Shown: one piece after another, positions 1-10,622 of the stretch
Position numbering within the stretch: the stretch's first letter is position 1
How the letters are laid out: the number at the start of each line of letters is the position of its first letter
NCBI GenBank assembly: GCA_964365955.1
Contig: CAYISA010000002.1
Location: 23,329-87,328, forward strand
Origin: an uncultured Candidatus Saccharibacteria bacterium
GTDB lineage: Bacteria; Patescibacteriota; Minisyncoccia; UBA6257; GWB1-50-10
Reading direction: 5' to 3'
DNA: 64,000 bases
The notes under the pieces: model-generated
What the model saw: the letters and a program-made list of their open reading frames with translations, nothing else
Told to the model about the DNA's origin: nothing
Database searches by the model: none
Translations under genes and position numbers: made by a program

Positions 1-252
1 CAGATCCGATACATGTCCGAGGATAACCACCGCATTATTCGGAAACTCCGGATTTTCAAAACCAACAGCTACAAGGATATGTACCAGACTATCGGGAGCA
101 AGATTGCAAAAAACGAGGAGGGCGACTCCATCGAATCCGTCTTGATCACCTCAAAAATCATGCTCAATCTCGAGGCAAAACTCGAAACAATGAAAGGATG
201 GGGAGATCGGTACAAAAAAGCGAAGACGGAATTTTCAGCGCATTTCTTTTAG
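1..252 (+). CDS. hypothetical protein, 3' part (frame open from window start)
   Basis: Frame open from base 1 (QIRYMSED...) to TAG at 250-252; no recognisable motif. Confidence 0.5.
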   Translation, partial: QIRYMSEDNHRIIRKLRIFKTNSYKDMYQTIGSKIAKNEEGDSIESVLITSKIMLNLEAKLETMKGWGDRYKKAKTEFSAHFF

Positions 253-281
253 GCACTTCGAAATTTGGAATAGCTAAAGGA

Positions 282-1043
282 TTAGTTGAAGTTAAAGATC
301 AATGGAAGGTGATCTGAAACGGCGACGTTAGGAACTGCGAGCGCTTTAATAATAACATCAGGAGAAACAAGGATGTAATCAGATATTTTATCTTCCTTAG
401 TTTTTAGTAAGCGACTCCGTGTTCGAGAAATATTTTGATTTTTAACAACATTTATCATATCTTCCTCGAGTATTGCTAGACTTCTTGTGTCGGGAGACAA
501 ATTAAAATCCCCGCACAATATTTTAGAATGGTTTATAGTTTTTAAAAATCCAGAAATATTTTCTGATTGTTTAATCCGCGATGCAGAATCAACTTTTGGC
601 CACACCGAAATACCATGAAAGTTAGCGATGGTATATTTTTTTTCCCCAAAAGAAAAGGTTGCGTGCTGTACCATGCTCGGCATTACGCTTGTGTTATTTG
701 ACAGAAAATATCGGTTGCGTTCTCCGTAGGTAAAAAGGCTTCCAAATTTTTCAACATTAATTGATTTCTTTATAAAAATTGCGAGGCCAGAAGATGAAAC
801 TAGTTTGTTCTGACTCGAATAGACATCCTGCATGGTCGTAAAATCACTTCTAAAATCGGGTAGTAAATTTTTGAAAACGGCGTACATATTATATTTATTA
901 TCAAGAAGATCGGCGGTGTTAAAATGTCCAGAGAGCATTTCTTGAAAACAAAAAAAATCCGTCTCTTTGGCGTTTTTTAAAACAAACTCCCTCAATGGCT
1001 CAAATACTTTGCCCAACCAAAGGTTTAAAACAATTAACTGCAT
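282..1043 (-). CDS. endonuclease/exonuclease/phosphatase (EEP) family protein
   Basis: N-terminal LNLW, FCFQE, ILCGDFN, DYILVS and SDHLPL motifs; ATG at 1043 preferred. Confidence 0.85.
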   Translation of the reverse strand: MQLIVLNLWLGKVFEPLREFVLKNAKETDFFCFQEMLSGHFNTADLLDNKYNMYAVFKNLLPDFRSDFTTMQDVYSSQNKLVSSSGLAIFIKKSINVEKFGSLFTYGERNRYFLSNNTSVMPSMVQHATFSFGEKKYTIANFHGISVWPKVDSASRIKQSENISGFLKTINHSKILCGDFNLSPDTRSLAILEEDMINVVKNQNISRTRSRLLKTKEDKISDYILVSPDVIIKALAVPNVAVSDHLPLIFNFN

Positions 1044-1124
1044 TGTATCCAATTTTAAGAAATTACTGTCTTGCTCTTAATCCATCGACACATGTGTTTT
1101 TTTGTTACTTGTACTTTCTAGTAT

Positions 1125-2336
1125 CTAGAAGATTCTTTCAATAGCATCTAAACAAATCTCCTTTGTAAAATGAGTGAGGGCGTATTTTAGGCCGTTTTCT
1201 CCGTAATATTTTAATCTTTCTTTTTCTAGATAGACTTGCTCGGTCAGACGGGTCATTTTTTCTTCATTATCGGAAATGGTGGCCAAGCCGCATTTTGCGT
1301 CATTCACAATTTTTATCCCGTCGCTCTTTTCGTGAAGGAAGGCCAGTACCGGAAGGCCAGCAGCCATATATCCCATAAGTTTTGCCGGAACTGCCGGGGT
1401 GGTGTTGGCACCCGTAAGTGACGCTATCCCCACATCAGCGTCCCTTAGAAGCTGTGGGTAATCCTCTTTTGAAACCGGCGGCTTAAAAATAACATTGTCC
1501 AAACCGAGTGACTGCGCGAGCGCGACTAGTTGATTCTTTTCGGAACCGTCGCCGACAAAAAGAAATGTGATATCTTTATATTTTTTTAATTTTTCTGCGA
1601 TCCGGATGAATATTTCAAGCCCCTGCGAAGGACCGAGGATGCCACCAAAAATGAAAACAAATTTATCGTGAAGCCCGTATAATTTTCTAAACTTCCCGGT
1701 TTGTTTAACTTCTTCAAAAGGTTTTATGTCTATCCAGTGAGGAATAACGCGTATCTTCTGGAGCGGCACCTTATAACGCTCATGCAAAAAATCCTTATGA
1801 GCTTCCGAGGGTGTTACGATTATGTCCGAAATGATATAGGCGCGCTTCTCCATTTTTTGGAAAAACCGGATAAGAAATTTATTCTTTAAAATACCGAGAT
1901 CCACAGCATTTTGCGGAAAGAAATCCTGAAGATTCAAAAAATATTTCGCGCCATAAAATTTTTTGACCCATTGAGCGGTGAGGGCAAGTGGTAGGGGTGG
2001 ACTGTGAACCCATACCGCATCGAGCTTGCCCGTAATGTGCTTTTTAACATGATAAAAAAATAAGTACGGGAGTATCATTTGCGCAATGCCTTTTACGATG
2101 AAATTTACATTATGGTGCCGCAATACGTTTACGCGTATTACGGTAATTCCGTCCTCCCGCATGATACCCCCAGCAACCCGTCGTGTGCCGGATGGAACAT
2201 TCTGCTCTGCAGGGCGTGACGTTACCACAAACACTTCATATCCCCGCTCTTTAAGTCCGTCGGCCATCTCTTTCATTAAATGCGAGGAGGAGCGTGTTTC
2301 TGGCGGATAGGAGTCGGTGACGATTAAAACGCGCAT
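1125..2336 (-). CDS. GT4 glycosyltransferase (WbuB-like)
   Basis: DSYPPE N-terminus, SPPL, LQDFFP, PAKLMGYMAAGLPV. Confidence 0.9.
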   Translation of the reverse strand: MRVLIVTDSYPPETRSSSHLMKEMADGLKERGYEVFVVTSRPAEQNVPSGTRRVAGGIMREDGITVIRVNVLRHHNVNFIVKGIAQMILPYLFFYHVKKHITGKLDAVWVHSPPLPLALTAQWVKKFYGAKYFLNLQDFFPQNAVDLGILKNKFLIRFFQKMEKRAYIISDIIVTPSEAHKDFLHERYKVPLQKIRVIPHWIDIKPFEEVKQTGKFRKLYGLHDKFVFIFGGILGPSQGLEIFIRIAEKLKKYKDITFLFVGDGSEKNQLVALAQSLGLDNVIFKPPVSKEDYPQLLRDADVGIASLTGANTTPAVPAKLMGYMAAGLPVLAFLHEKSDGIKIVNDAKCGLATISDNEEKMTRLTEQVYLEKERLKYYGENGLKYALTHFTKEICLDAIERIF

Positions 2337-2341
2337 ACTAT

Positions 2342-3130
2342 TTATATTCCTGATAATCCGTAGATTTTAGCATCAACCAGAAATCTATACCAAAAACCGT
2401 GTAAAAAATGGAAGATGAATCCGGCTTTACCATCAAGAAAACCGAGCCGGAAAAAATAGCGGTAAATAAAATAACAAAAAACGCGCAAGAACGGCGGAAG
2501 CTGATAGTAAAAATTCCTTTTTTCGCCCATGCCATATTCCCCGGCTTTAACTTCTTCGGCTTCTCGTGAAGCGTAATTTTTGTGTTTTAGGATCCAATTC
2601 TTGAGGTCTTTTTTATTATTATCAATAAAATCGTTGTTTAATCTTCGACTTTCGTCCTCAAGGAGAATGATGTGCTCGTCCATTTTTCTTTCTTCCGACC
2701 GTCCTTTCCCTTTTCGCCAAAGGCGTAAAAACCAGATTGGATAGTATCCACCGTGCTTAATCCACCGGCCCATGAAATAAAATCTGCGTTTCATGTAGAA
2801 GCCCGATATTTCCTTACCTGCCTTCGGCAGGAATTCTAAAATTTCATCCTTGAGTTCCGGCAAAATCTCCTCATCGGCGTCCAATTTCAAAATCCAATCG
2901 CTTGTAATGGCTAAATTATCGAGCCCCCAGTTGAATTGGTCGGCTTGGTTTTTAAAATCATGGGCATAAACTTGGGCGCTATATTTTTTTGCAATTTCTA
3001 AAGTTCTATCGGTACTGTGCGAATCGACGATAAAAATTTCTTGCGCTAAACCAGTAATGCTCTTCAGGCATTTTTCGAGATTTTCTTCTTCATTAAAAGT
3101 CAAAATAATGACTGAAATTGATGACTTCAC
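2342..3130 (-). CDS. GT2 glycosyltransferase (beta-1,4-glucosyltransferase-like)
   Basis: ILTFNEE, VDSHSTDRT, LDADE, RLGFLDG. Confidence 0.9.
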   Translation of the reverse strand: MKSSISVIILTFNEEENLEKCLKSITGLAQEIFIVDSHSTDRTLEIAKKYSAQVYAHDFKNQADQFNWGLDNLAITSDWILKLDADEEILPELKDEILEFLPKAGKEISGFYMKRRFYFMGRWIKHGGYYPIWFLRLWRKGKGRSEERKMDEHIILLEDESRRLNNDFIDNNKKDLKNWILKHKNYASREAEEVKAGEYGMGEKRNFYYQLPPFLRVFCYFIYRYFFRLGFLDGKAGFIFHFLHGFWYRFLVDAKIYGLSGI

Positions 3131-3774
3131 AATTTTTTAGCGAAAACAATCAAATGGGCGCCCAGGGATGGAAAAATATCGCCTAGAATTTCGAAAACTC
3201 TGCCCAATTTATTTCGTCGTGTTGAAAAAAGAATATGTGTGGAAACGAGTTTCAAGACCTTTAAATTTCCTTCTTTGAACATGCTGGCGAGTGTCTTTCT
3301 GTTATACATATGGTAGTGATAGGGAGCGTAAGCAAAATACTTAGGCACCTGTCCGAACAACATCAAAAAACGGTTGGGGCCAAAAACTAAATTGGGCACG
3401 GTGATTATTAAAATGCCATCCGGCCTAAGCGCTTCGCGGCAATGCTGCAAAAAAGCGGAGTCGTCAAACAAATGCTCCATTACTTCGCCCGCAAAAATTA
3501 TGTCGAACTTAACGCCGAAATCAGGAATACCTTTATTTAAATCTGACTGGATTATCTTTATGCCGTTAATCTCTCTGGGGTTAACATCAACGCCAAAACA
3601 TCGCACCCCTTCCTTTTTCAGCATATCGGCAAGCCCCCCCTTCGCCACGCCACATTCAAGGAGATTAAGATTTCGCAAATCCTTAAAATATTCGGTGATA
3701 AAATTATACGCTTTTTTGATCCTTATCGGATCTGGAACCTCGAAATGCTCAAAAACTTCCTGTTTTTTGTCCAT
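3127..3774 (-). CDS. class I SAM-dependent methyltransferase
   Basis: LLECGVAKG motif I, FDIIFAGEVMEHL, LIITVPN. Confidence 0.85.
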   Translation of the reverse strand: MDKKQEVFEHFEVPDPIRIKKAYNFITEYFKDLRNLNLLECGVAKGGLADMLKKEGVRCFGVDVNPREINGIKIIQSDLNKGIPDFGVKFDIIFAGEVMEHLFDDSAFLQHCREALRPDGILIITVPNLVFGPNRFLMLFGQVPKYFAYAPYHYHMYNRKTLASMFKEGNLKVLKLVSTHILFSTRRNKLGRVFEILGDIFPSLGAHLIVFAKKL

Positions 3775-3918
3775 AACTTTTGATTAAATCATTATAAACT
3801 TGAATCCATTTTTTCGCTATTTCCCGACTTAACTTTCAAGATGTTCTTCTCAATAAGGATGTTCAAGATCAAGCCCTGTCTTTTTGGATGCTTTGATACA
3901 GCACCTCGCGACAATCAT

Positions 3919-4859
3919 CTATAAGATTTTTTGTATATAAAGAGAGGAGGGAAAGTGCCGACCCTCAATGTTTCCACTCCTCAGTCCAAAATCATTCTCC
4001 TGTGGCTTATAACCAGAAAGGAGTTTCTCGAATTCACTGGGGACTGCGTAATGTAGCATACTTAATGACGTGCGTATGACATAGTGTGCGTTCCCGATTA
4101 AAAACGCGTGCAGCAATACACTCTCATTAGAGAAAAAGAGACCGTCTGACATTAAAGCTCTTTTATAATCATACGGGAAATAAATGTCGTGGAAATGCAC
4201 ATAAACACCTTTCGCAAGACGCGATAGCACTTCCAAAATAATGAGATTTACTTCGCTACCAGGTTTCACAGTATGGGTAGAATCAATAAACAAAAGGTCC
4301 CCTTCTCCTAGAGTAAGATATACATCCAAAGGAACACTCTGTGTTTTCTCCTGGTGCAAGGAAATGATATTTTTTTCGCGATCTCCCGCAAAAACTGCGT
4401 AGGATATGGATCAATGCAAATAATATCGCATTTAAAATCGAACTTTTTCATCGCTTGAAGCATCACCGCGGTGGAAAGTCCCGCTCCGACCTGAATAACC
4501 TTGTGGGGGCGTGCAAAACCGAGAAAACAAAATAGAAAATCGGACTCTACCGGACCAAAGCCTGCATCTCCGTTCATACGACAAGCCTCAAGAAAAACAT
4601 TTTCTTCGGACAACATCTGTGCCTTCCCGTTGCAACAACTTTTCGCAAAATCTAGTTGGGCATCCATGTCAGACCCCAGCACACCCACCATTGTACGTGG
4701 ATTCTTCCACGTCGATTCTTGTTTAAGTTCACGAATATCGGGTATTTCAGAATAAAAATGGCGAGGTAATATATCGAATCCTAAATATTGGGCCGCTTCA
4801 AAAAATTTCCTGAGTCCTTTTTTTAACCCCTCCTTAAGGGCTCTTTTACTTTTCTTCAT
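3919..4859 (-). pseudogene. class I SAM methyltransferase (Methyltransf_24-like) split by a frameshift at an A7 run
   Basis: N-half (HFYSEIPD, VIQVGAGLST, IDPYP) and C-half (GDLLFIDSTH, VHFHDIYFP) are in different frames; adding one A to the run at 4370-4376 joins them. Confidence 0.75.
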
Positions 4860-6043
4860 AAGAAATTGTCCTTGTGTGTGCACTTACTATATTCTTCTAT
4901 AAATCTTTCGGCAATTTTATTATAAGAATATTTCATCGCGACAAGTGCACGTCCCCGCTCTCCCATCTTTTTGCCTTCCACCGGGTCACCGAGTATTTTC
5001 AAAATTGCATCTGCAAGAGCCCTGTCGTCTTTAGGGACCACAAGCCCCGCTTTCGCCTCCAAAACGTCGGAACCAATCGCGACGCCCTCTGTCACAACCA
5101 CGGGGACACTCGCCGCCATTGCTTGCCCAAGTGCTACACCAAAATTTTCAGAATAAGAACCGAGTACAAACACGTCCGTATCGACGAATGCTTCTGCGCG
5201 TTCTATTCCCTCCAATGGTCCGGTGAATAGAATACTCGTCTCAAGCTGGTATTTCGCAATAAGTTGCATAATTGTCGCTTTATATCCTTCATCCGACCAT
5301 ACTGCGATAACGAGTATTGCACCGGGGTTCTTTTCGTGTACACGCCCAAAGGCGGGAATGAGTGTATCAAAACCTTTTTTCCATCCAATCCTGCCATGAT
5401 ACAGAATCACTTCCCTCTCTGGAGATATACCAAGTCGCTTCTTAAACCTTCCTGCGGAAACAACCTTTTTTTTATCAACATCAATGCCGTTCGGAATCAC
5501 AATACTGCGCTTGATTGGAAAGTTCTTTGTCCTGTACTCTTTCTCTTCCTTGGGGGCTGTAAAATGAATTGCCGAAGCATTCTTAAGATTATTTTTCTCA
5601 ATAAACTTGAGGTAGAACGTTTTCTTTAGCGAGCTCTTTTTTGTTAATGGATCAATCATTAAGCTTCCACGCGGAGAGATAATATAAGGCTTTCCACATT
5701 TCTTAGCATAATATGCGCCCAAAGTAGATGCGGCCAGAAATACCGAGGTGACATGAACTATGTCAAACTCTTTACAGTGTTCTCTTAGGGCTTTGTGCAT
5801 CGTCCGAGAATAAAACCAAGATCGCGGGAATGAGATCGGAAAGTACACAACCTTTACGCCGTCCTGTTCTACCGGCGTCTCCAGGGGCACGTCGAGCGTG
5901 CCTCTGCCATCGGCGTTCGTGGCATAAACCGTAACGTCGACACCCGCTCGTACAAGCCATTTATTGAGTGTATGAACGCTTGAGATCGGTCCGCCATAGC
6001 GGTAGGCCGGAGTATACGCCGGGGTTATATGGAGAATTTTCAT
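4856..6043 (-). CDS. GT4 glycosyltransferase
   Basis: YGGPISSV, SPRGSL, KKGFD, SYSENFG. Confidence 0.9.
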   Translation of the reverse strand: MKILHITPAYTPAYRYGGPISSVHTLNKWLVRAGVDVTVYATNADGRGTLDVPLETPVEQDGVKVVYFPISFPRSWFYSRTMHKALREHCKEFDIVHVTSVFLAASTLGAYYAKKCGKPYIISPRGSLMIDPLTKKSSLKKTFYLKFIEKNNLKNASAIHFTAPKEEKEYRTKNFPIKRSIVIPNGIDVDKKKVVSAGRFKKRLGISPEREVILYHGRIGWKKGFDTLIPAFGRVHEKNPGAILVIAVWSDEGYKATIMQLIAKYQLETSILFTGPLEGIERAEAFVDTDVFVLGSYSENFGVALGQAMAASVPVVVTEGVAIGSDVLEAKAGLVVPKDDRALADAILKILGDPVEGKKMGERGRALVAMKYSYNKIAERFIEEYSKCTHKDNFL

Positions 6044-6090
6044 TACAAAATGATTTTAACAGCATCTGATGAGTTCGCAATGCGGTGCTC

Positions 6091-6813
6091 CTAATCCATT
6101 TTATTTTTCGACAGATGACGTTCTACTTCCCGATACTTATCCATCGTGTCGATTCCTTTGGAATATTCATCACATTCATAACCGTAGAAATTCTTCCCTT
6201 TTCTGACGATTTCCGGCAAAAGTTCTTTACCGATTTCGTAAGAAATGCCTAGCGGCACAAAATTCAAGATTTCCTTTTTGAGAATAAAAACACCTCGCAT
6301 CCTGTACGCGTTCGGATATTTTTCGGTGTGAGGCTTCGGATGGATCTTCATAAACCGACCGTTCTGATTGAGCTCGGCAATGTCTGCATCCGCGTAATCA
6401 CCTGTCTTTCCCACGCGCTGGATGCCAATAGGATCTTTAAGCTTATCAAAAAAATCGGCCATTGTCGTATAATCAACCAAACTTATCATATCGCCATAGA
6501 TCAGAAAGAACTCGACATCTAATTTGTTTTCAAATTGTTTCACGCCGCCTGCAGTCCCCAAGATGGCGGACTCGAAAACGTAGTTGATTTTAACGCCAAA
6601 CTTGGAGCCGTCTCCAAAATAATTCCGAATCACATCCGGCAAATAATGGAGATTTATGAAAAATTCCGTAACCCCGTGCTTTTTGAACTGCTCGATGTTC
6701 CACTCGAGCATCGGCTTCCCTAAAAGTGGAATCATTGGCTTCGGGATAGTATCGGTAAGTGGCCTTAACCTTGTGCCCAAGCCCGCAGAGAGAATAACGG
6801 CTTGTTTTAACAT
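6091..6813 (-). CDS. sugar-phosphate nucleotidyltransferase (HddC-like)
   Basis: ILSAGLGTRLRPLT..PKPM, GTAGG, YGD; in heptose cluster. Confidence 0.85.
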   Translation of the reverse strand: MLKQAVILSAGLGTRLRPLTDTIPKPMIPLLGKPMLEWNIEQFKKHGVTEFFINLHYLPDVIRNYFGDGSKFGVKINYVFESAILGTAGGVKQFENKLDVEFFLIYGDMISLVDYTTMADFFDKLKDPIGIQRVGKTGDYADADIAELNQNGRFMKIHPKPHTEKYPNAYRMRGVFILKKEILNFVPLGISYEIGKELLPEIVRKGKNFYGYECDEYSKGIDTMDKYREVERHLSKNKMD

Positions 6814-7409
6814 TTATTTTTTATTATTTTTACTGCTTCGATCAAATTTTTCGCCTTAAAATCCGGTCGTACTTTATTTTCATAGATTCTATCTAACCGG
6901 GAATGACCCGGCCCAGTCTTAACCAGAATCGTCTTTAATCCCGCCCGTTTCCCGGAAACAACGTCGATAACAGAATCTCCAATCATAAAGCTCTTTCGGG
7001 GGTCAATGTTAAATTTTTTAATAGCTTGTTTTAACATTCCGGGGCTCGGTTTCCTGCAAAAACAAACTACCCGATATTTTTTTAATGTCGCTTCCGGATG
7101 ATGTGGGCAAAAATAGAATGCATCGATATGGGCCTTTGAACGCTTGAATCTTTTAATTAAGATTTCATGAAGATCGTCGATGCCTTTTGGTGTAATTAAA
7201 CCGCGGGCCACTACCGGCTGATTTGTCACTACAATCACTAAGAAACCGAGCTTGTTAAACTTGTTTATCGTCTCTGCGGCACGTGGAAGCAGGCGTAATT
7301 GCGAGGGCTTCGTTACTAAATCTTCAAACTTGATGATGGTGCCGTCGCGATCAAGGAAAATCGCTCTACGCAATTTTTGTTTTTTGAACCGATTCCCATT
7401 TTCCTTCAT
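6807..7409 (-). CDS. gmhB: heptose-1,7-bisphosphate phosphatase (HAD IIIA)
   Basis: FLDRDGT, VTNQ, CPHHP...CFCRKPSPGM, MIGD; start uncertain. Confidence 0.9.
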   Translation of the reverse strand: MKENGNRFKKQKLRRAIFLDRDGTIIKFEDLVTKPSQLRLLPRAAETINKFNKLGFLVIVVTNQPVVARGLITPKGIDDLHEILIKRFKRSKAHIDAFYFCPHHPEATLKKYRVVCFCRKPSPGMLKQAIKKFNIDPRKSFMIGDSVIDVVSGKRAGLKTILVKTGPGHSRLDRIYENKVRPDFKAKNLIEAVKIIKNKC

Positions 7410-7983
7410 TGGTTCTGAATTTTGGATGTGAAACAATCAAATGCCACAGCACCGCCTGGAAAGATTCGGTATGAGGAGTGACGTTCTCGACGTTTACCAC
7501 GGGCACCACAACACAGGCATCAGCAACGGTCTTAGTATACCCCCCGTCGCGCCCTACAATGCCTACCACTTTTGCGCCAATTGATTTCGCAAGTTTCAAA
7601 GACTCCACAATGTTCATGCTAACGTTTTTTTCGGCATTGCCTCCGCCGACAGAAAATACCATAAGCGCGTCCCTAATATTCAATTTGCTTCCTAAAAGCC
7701 AGTTGGCAAAAACCGTGTGCCATCCATCATCGTTTACCCGGGCCGTGAGCTCCGAGACATTATCGGTGGGTGTGTACGTCTCAATGCCCGTAAGTTTTCT
7801 GAAGTCATTTACCGCATGGCTTGCATGCCCCGCTCCGCCACCAACGCCAATGATAAAAAGCCGTCCACCGCCAGTTCGCACATTGTTTAAAATCTCTATC
7901 ATTTTATTCAAAGGTTCGCGGTCAATTTTTTCCGCAATTTCCTTCACTTCATCTAAATAAGATTTTATGTAGTCGTAGTACAT
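7366..7983 (-). CDS. gmhA: SIS-domain phosphoheptose isomerase
   Basis: GVGGGAGHASHAVNDF, ELTARVND, GRDGG, E..Q..LWH. Confidence 0.8.
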   Translation of the reverse strand: MYYDYIKSYLDEVKEIAEKIDREPLNKMIEILNNVRTGGGRLFIIGVGGGAGHASHAVNDFRKLTGIETYTPTDNVSELTARVNDDGWHTVFANWLLGSKLNIRDALMVFSVGGGNAEKNVSMNIVESLKLAKSIGAKVVGIVGRDGGYTKTVADACVVVPVVNVENVTPHTESFQAVLWHLIVSHPKFRTNEGKWESVQKTKIA

Positions 7984-7998
7984 TTCAAATTTCTCTAG

Positions 7999-8727
7999 TT
8001 ATGCTTCATACAGCGTGTAGCCGGCCTTTTGCCCATCGTCGTAAAACATTTTGACGGTGTCCAAGGAGAGTTCGTGATGGTCATATCCGACTTTCTCCAA
8101 TTTCTTCAAAATGTCGGAAGTGACGGTAACTATTTCACACCCTACTTCATCGGCGTGGTAAATATCCAAAAGCTGTCTCGGACTTGCCCATAACAGTTCG
8201 CACCGAGAAACCTGCGAGGTGATTGCTTTTGCTTCTTTCATGATGGGGGTGGGGTTTACTCCGGTATCGGCGATGCGACCAGCAAAAACGGAAATAATTG
8301 AGGGCGTCTTGGGTGAGAGCGCGCGAACAATGTGCGCTACTTGAGAAACGGTAAGTATTGCGGTTACGTTTAATTTTATCTCTTCTCCCACAAGTTTTTT
8401 TACAAGATCAAATGAAGATTCTTTTTTGGTATTGGTGATCGGTATTTTAACATAAACGTTAGGCGCCCAAGAATTTATGATTCGCGCCTGCCGCTCCATT
8501 TCGTTAAAGTCGTCGGAGAACACCTCAAATGAGATTGGCTTGTCTCTTATAACTCCTAAAATATCTTTTGCAAAAGAAGCATAATCGGTGATGCCCGCCT
8601 TCCTCATTAACGTAGGGTTGGTGGTAAATCCCTTAATATGAGGCTCTTTGGCCAAAGCGACCATTCCTTCTTTTTCAGCTCCATCCGCAAAAATCTTGAT
8701 TTTTAGCTCGTGGGCTTTCTTCGGCAT
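7999..8727 (-). CDS. transaldolase / FSA family
   Basis: FADGA, GFTTNPTL, ISFEV, YVKIP, SVFAGRIADTG, LLWAS. Confidence 0.9.
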   Translation of the reverse strand: MPKKAHELKIKIFADGAEKEGMVALAKEPHIKGFTTNPTLMRKAGITDYASFAKDILGVIRDKPISFEVFSDDFNEMERQARIINSWAPNVYVKIPITNTKKESSFDLVKKLVGEEIKLNVTAILTVSQVAHIVRALSPKTPSIISVFAGRIADTGVNPTPIMKEAKAITSQVSRCELLWASPRQLLDIYHADEVGCEIVTVTSDILKKLEKVGYDHHELSLDTVKMFYDDGQKAGYTLYEA

Positions 8728-8763
8728 TTTGTAATAATTAAACAAAAATTAAAAGAAGTCAAC

Positions 8764-9789
8764 TCACCGCTCCCTTGCAAGCCAAATTGGTTTTTTAGTT
8801 TTTGAAGATTCATAAACCGCGGCTATAATCCTATTTGCTTCAAGGCCGTCTTTTGCATCGCCAATAATTTTCCCTTTACCCTGTAGCGCCGATAAAAAAT
8901 TCTTCCATTCTTCTACCCAACTTACGTCTTTCTGAAATTTGAAAATTTTTATTTTCGGTACACCGAATTTTTTAGGTCTTCGACCGAAAACCAATGTTTC
9001 CTCTCCATAACTACCGCCCTTGCCATCAACGGCAAGAAATCCCCTGTCGCCAAAAAGTTCAAAAGAAAATATGTTCTTCCAATTCGTTGTACTCACGTGA
9101 AACGAGGCGGTAACAGTCTTATTTTTCATCAGTACGAAAGTATTATCGTCCAACTTTGTCTTCCAAAATTTTGTTTCTGCAAGACCGTAAACCTCATTAA
9201 AATCGCCGGCAAACCAACGACACAAATCAATGATATGAACGCCTTGATCCAAAAGCTCGCCACCTCCGGAAATATTCTTTTGAAACCGCCATTCTTTCTC
9301 CATTCCCAAGCGACCACCATGGCCATAGCGCGCTCTGATAAAAAGTAGCTTGCCTATCTGACCTTGATCAAAAATTTTCTTCGCCTCTCGAATTGCCGCA
9401 TGAAAACGGTGGTTAAATCCCACTTGAATTAATCTTTTATATTTTTTACCAGCATCAAAAATCTTCTTGGCCTCATCAAAATTCCGGCCAAAAGGTTTTT
9501 CACACAAAAGATGTTTTCCATTTTTGAGCGCAGCCATGGCAATCGGCATCAAAAACTTGTTGGGTGTAGCAATAATGACCACATCAATTTTTTGATCCTT
9601 CACCAAATCCTGCCAGCGACGATATGATTTGCACTTATAATTCTGACTCAGGCTTAAGGCGCGATTCCAGTCAATATCTGCTACAGCCAAAAGACGGGTA
9701 CCACCTACATGTTTTAAGGCCTCGGCACGTTTATTGCCAATTAGTCCAGCGCCTACAATCCCTACATTGATAATCCGTCTTCCTTTCAT
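8764..9789 (-). CDS. Gfo/Idh/MocA oxidoreductase
   Basis: GAGLIG, CEKP, GFNHRF, GGGELLDQGVH. Confidence 0.9.
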   Translation of the reverse strand: MKGRRIINVGIVGAGLIGNKRAEALKHVGGTRLLAVADIDWNRALSLSQNYKCKSYRRWQDLVKDQKIDVVIIATPNKFLMPIAMAALKNGKHLLCEKPFGRNFDEAKKIFDAGKKYKRLIQVGFNHRFHAAIREAKKIFDQGQIGKLLFIRARYGHGGRLGMEKEWRFQKNISGGGELLDQGVHIIDLCRWFAGDFNEVYGLAETKFWKTKLDDNTFVLMKNKTVTASFHVSTTNWKNIFSFELFGDRGFLAVDGKGGSYGEETLVFGRRPKKFGVPKIKIFKFQKDVSWVEEWKNFLSALQGKGKIIGDAKDGLEANRIIAAVYESSKTKKPIWLARER

Positions 9790-9793
9790 AATT

Positions 9794-10621
9794 TTATTTA
9801 ATTCTCCGGAGAGTAAGTTTGTCGCTTTTCATTATCTTTTTTAAATCGCTCTTCCGCCAACCCTGCCAGTCGTCCCAAACGGCGCTGATCAAGCGGCCAC
9901 TAAGTGGTTTGGATTTATCGGAGGCAAGAAAAAGTACAAGTTCCGCAGCTTTTTCAGGGGGCGCACCACCGATTTTCGACCTCTTTTTAGCCGAAGCTAG
10001 CTCTTCCGCGCCAGCTCTTGCTCCGGCACGTAAAACCTCTTTTAGCATTTTTGTATTGACCGCACCCGGCGCAATCGCATTGACCCGGATTCTGTATTTT
10101 TTTAATTCATCAGCTAGAATTTCTGTAAATCTCACAACGCCGGTTTTGGCAACAGCATAGGCGGAAAAATTGGTACGCGAAGAAGTACTGCCGCCACCTG
10201 AAAAATTGATAATGCTTCCTGATCTCCTTTTTATCATCGCCGGCAAAATTAGCTGACAAAGAAATACTGTCCCCAAGAGATTGACTTCCAGATTCTTGCG
10301 CCATTGCCCTAAATCATTTTCAACAAACGAGCCGATGGGTTCCTGAATGCCGGCGGCATTCACAAGTACGTCTATAAAACCATATTTTTTCTGAATGCCA
10401 CGAACCACTTGCGAAGTTTCGTTGAGGTTGGAAATATTAACTGTTTTGAAATCTACTAAACCACCTTCTTTTTTAATCTTGTAAGCCACTATTTTCAATA
10501 ATCTCCGGGAACGACCAAGAATAATTACCTTGGCACCCGCGCGGCAAAAATAATCTGCGATAACCGAACCAATACCCCCGCTTCCACCGGCAATCAAAAC
10601 TACCTTATTTCTAAAATTCAT
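9794..10621 (-). CDS. short-chain dehydrogenase/reductase
   Basis: GGSGGIG, NAAG, YAVAK (YxxxK), NAIAPG. Confidence 0.9.
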   Translation of the reverse strand: MNFRNKVVLIAGGSGGIGSVIADYFCRAGAKVIILGRSRRLLKIVAYKIKKEGGLVDFKTVNISNLNETSQVVRGIQKKYGFIDVLVNAAGIQEPIGSFVENDLGQWRKNLEVNLLGTVFLCQLILPAMIKRRSGSIINFSGGGSTSSRTNFSAYAVAKTGVVRFTEILADELKKYRIRVNAIAPGAVNTKMLKEVLRAGARAGAEELASAKKRSKIGGAPPEKAAELVLFLASDKSKPLSGRLISAVWDDWQGWRKSDLKKIMKSDKLTLRRIK

Positions 10622-10622
10622 C

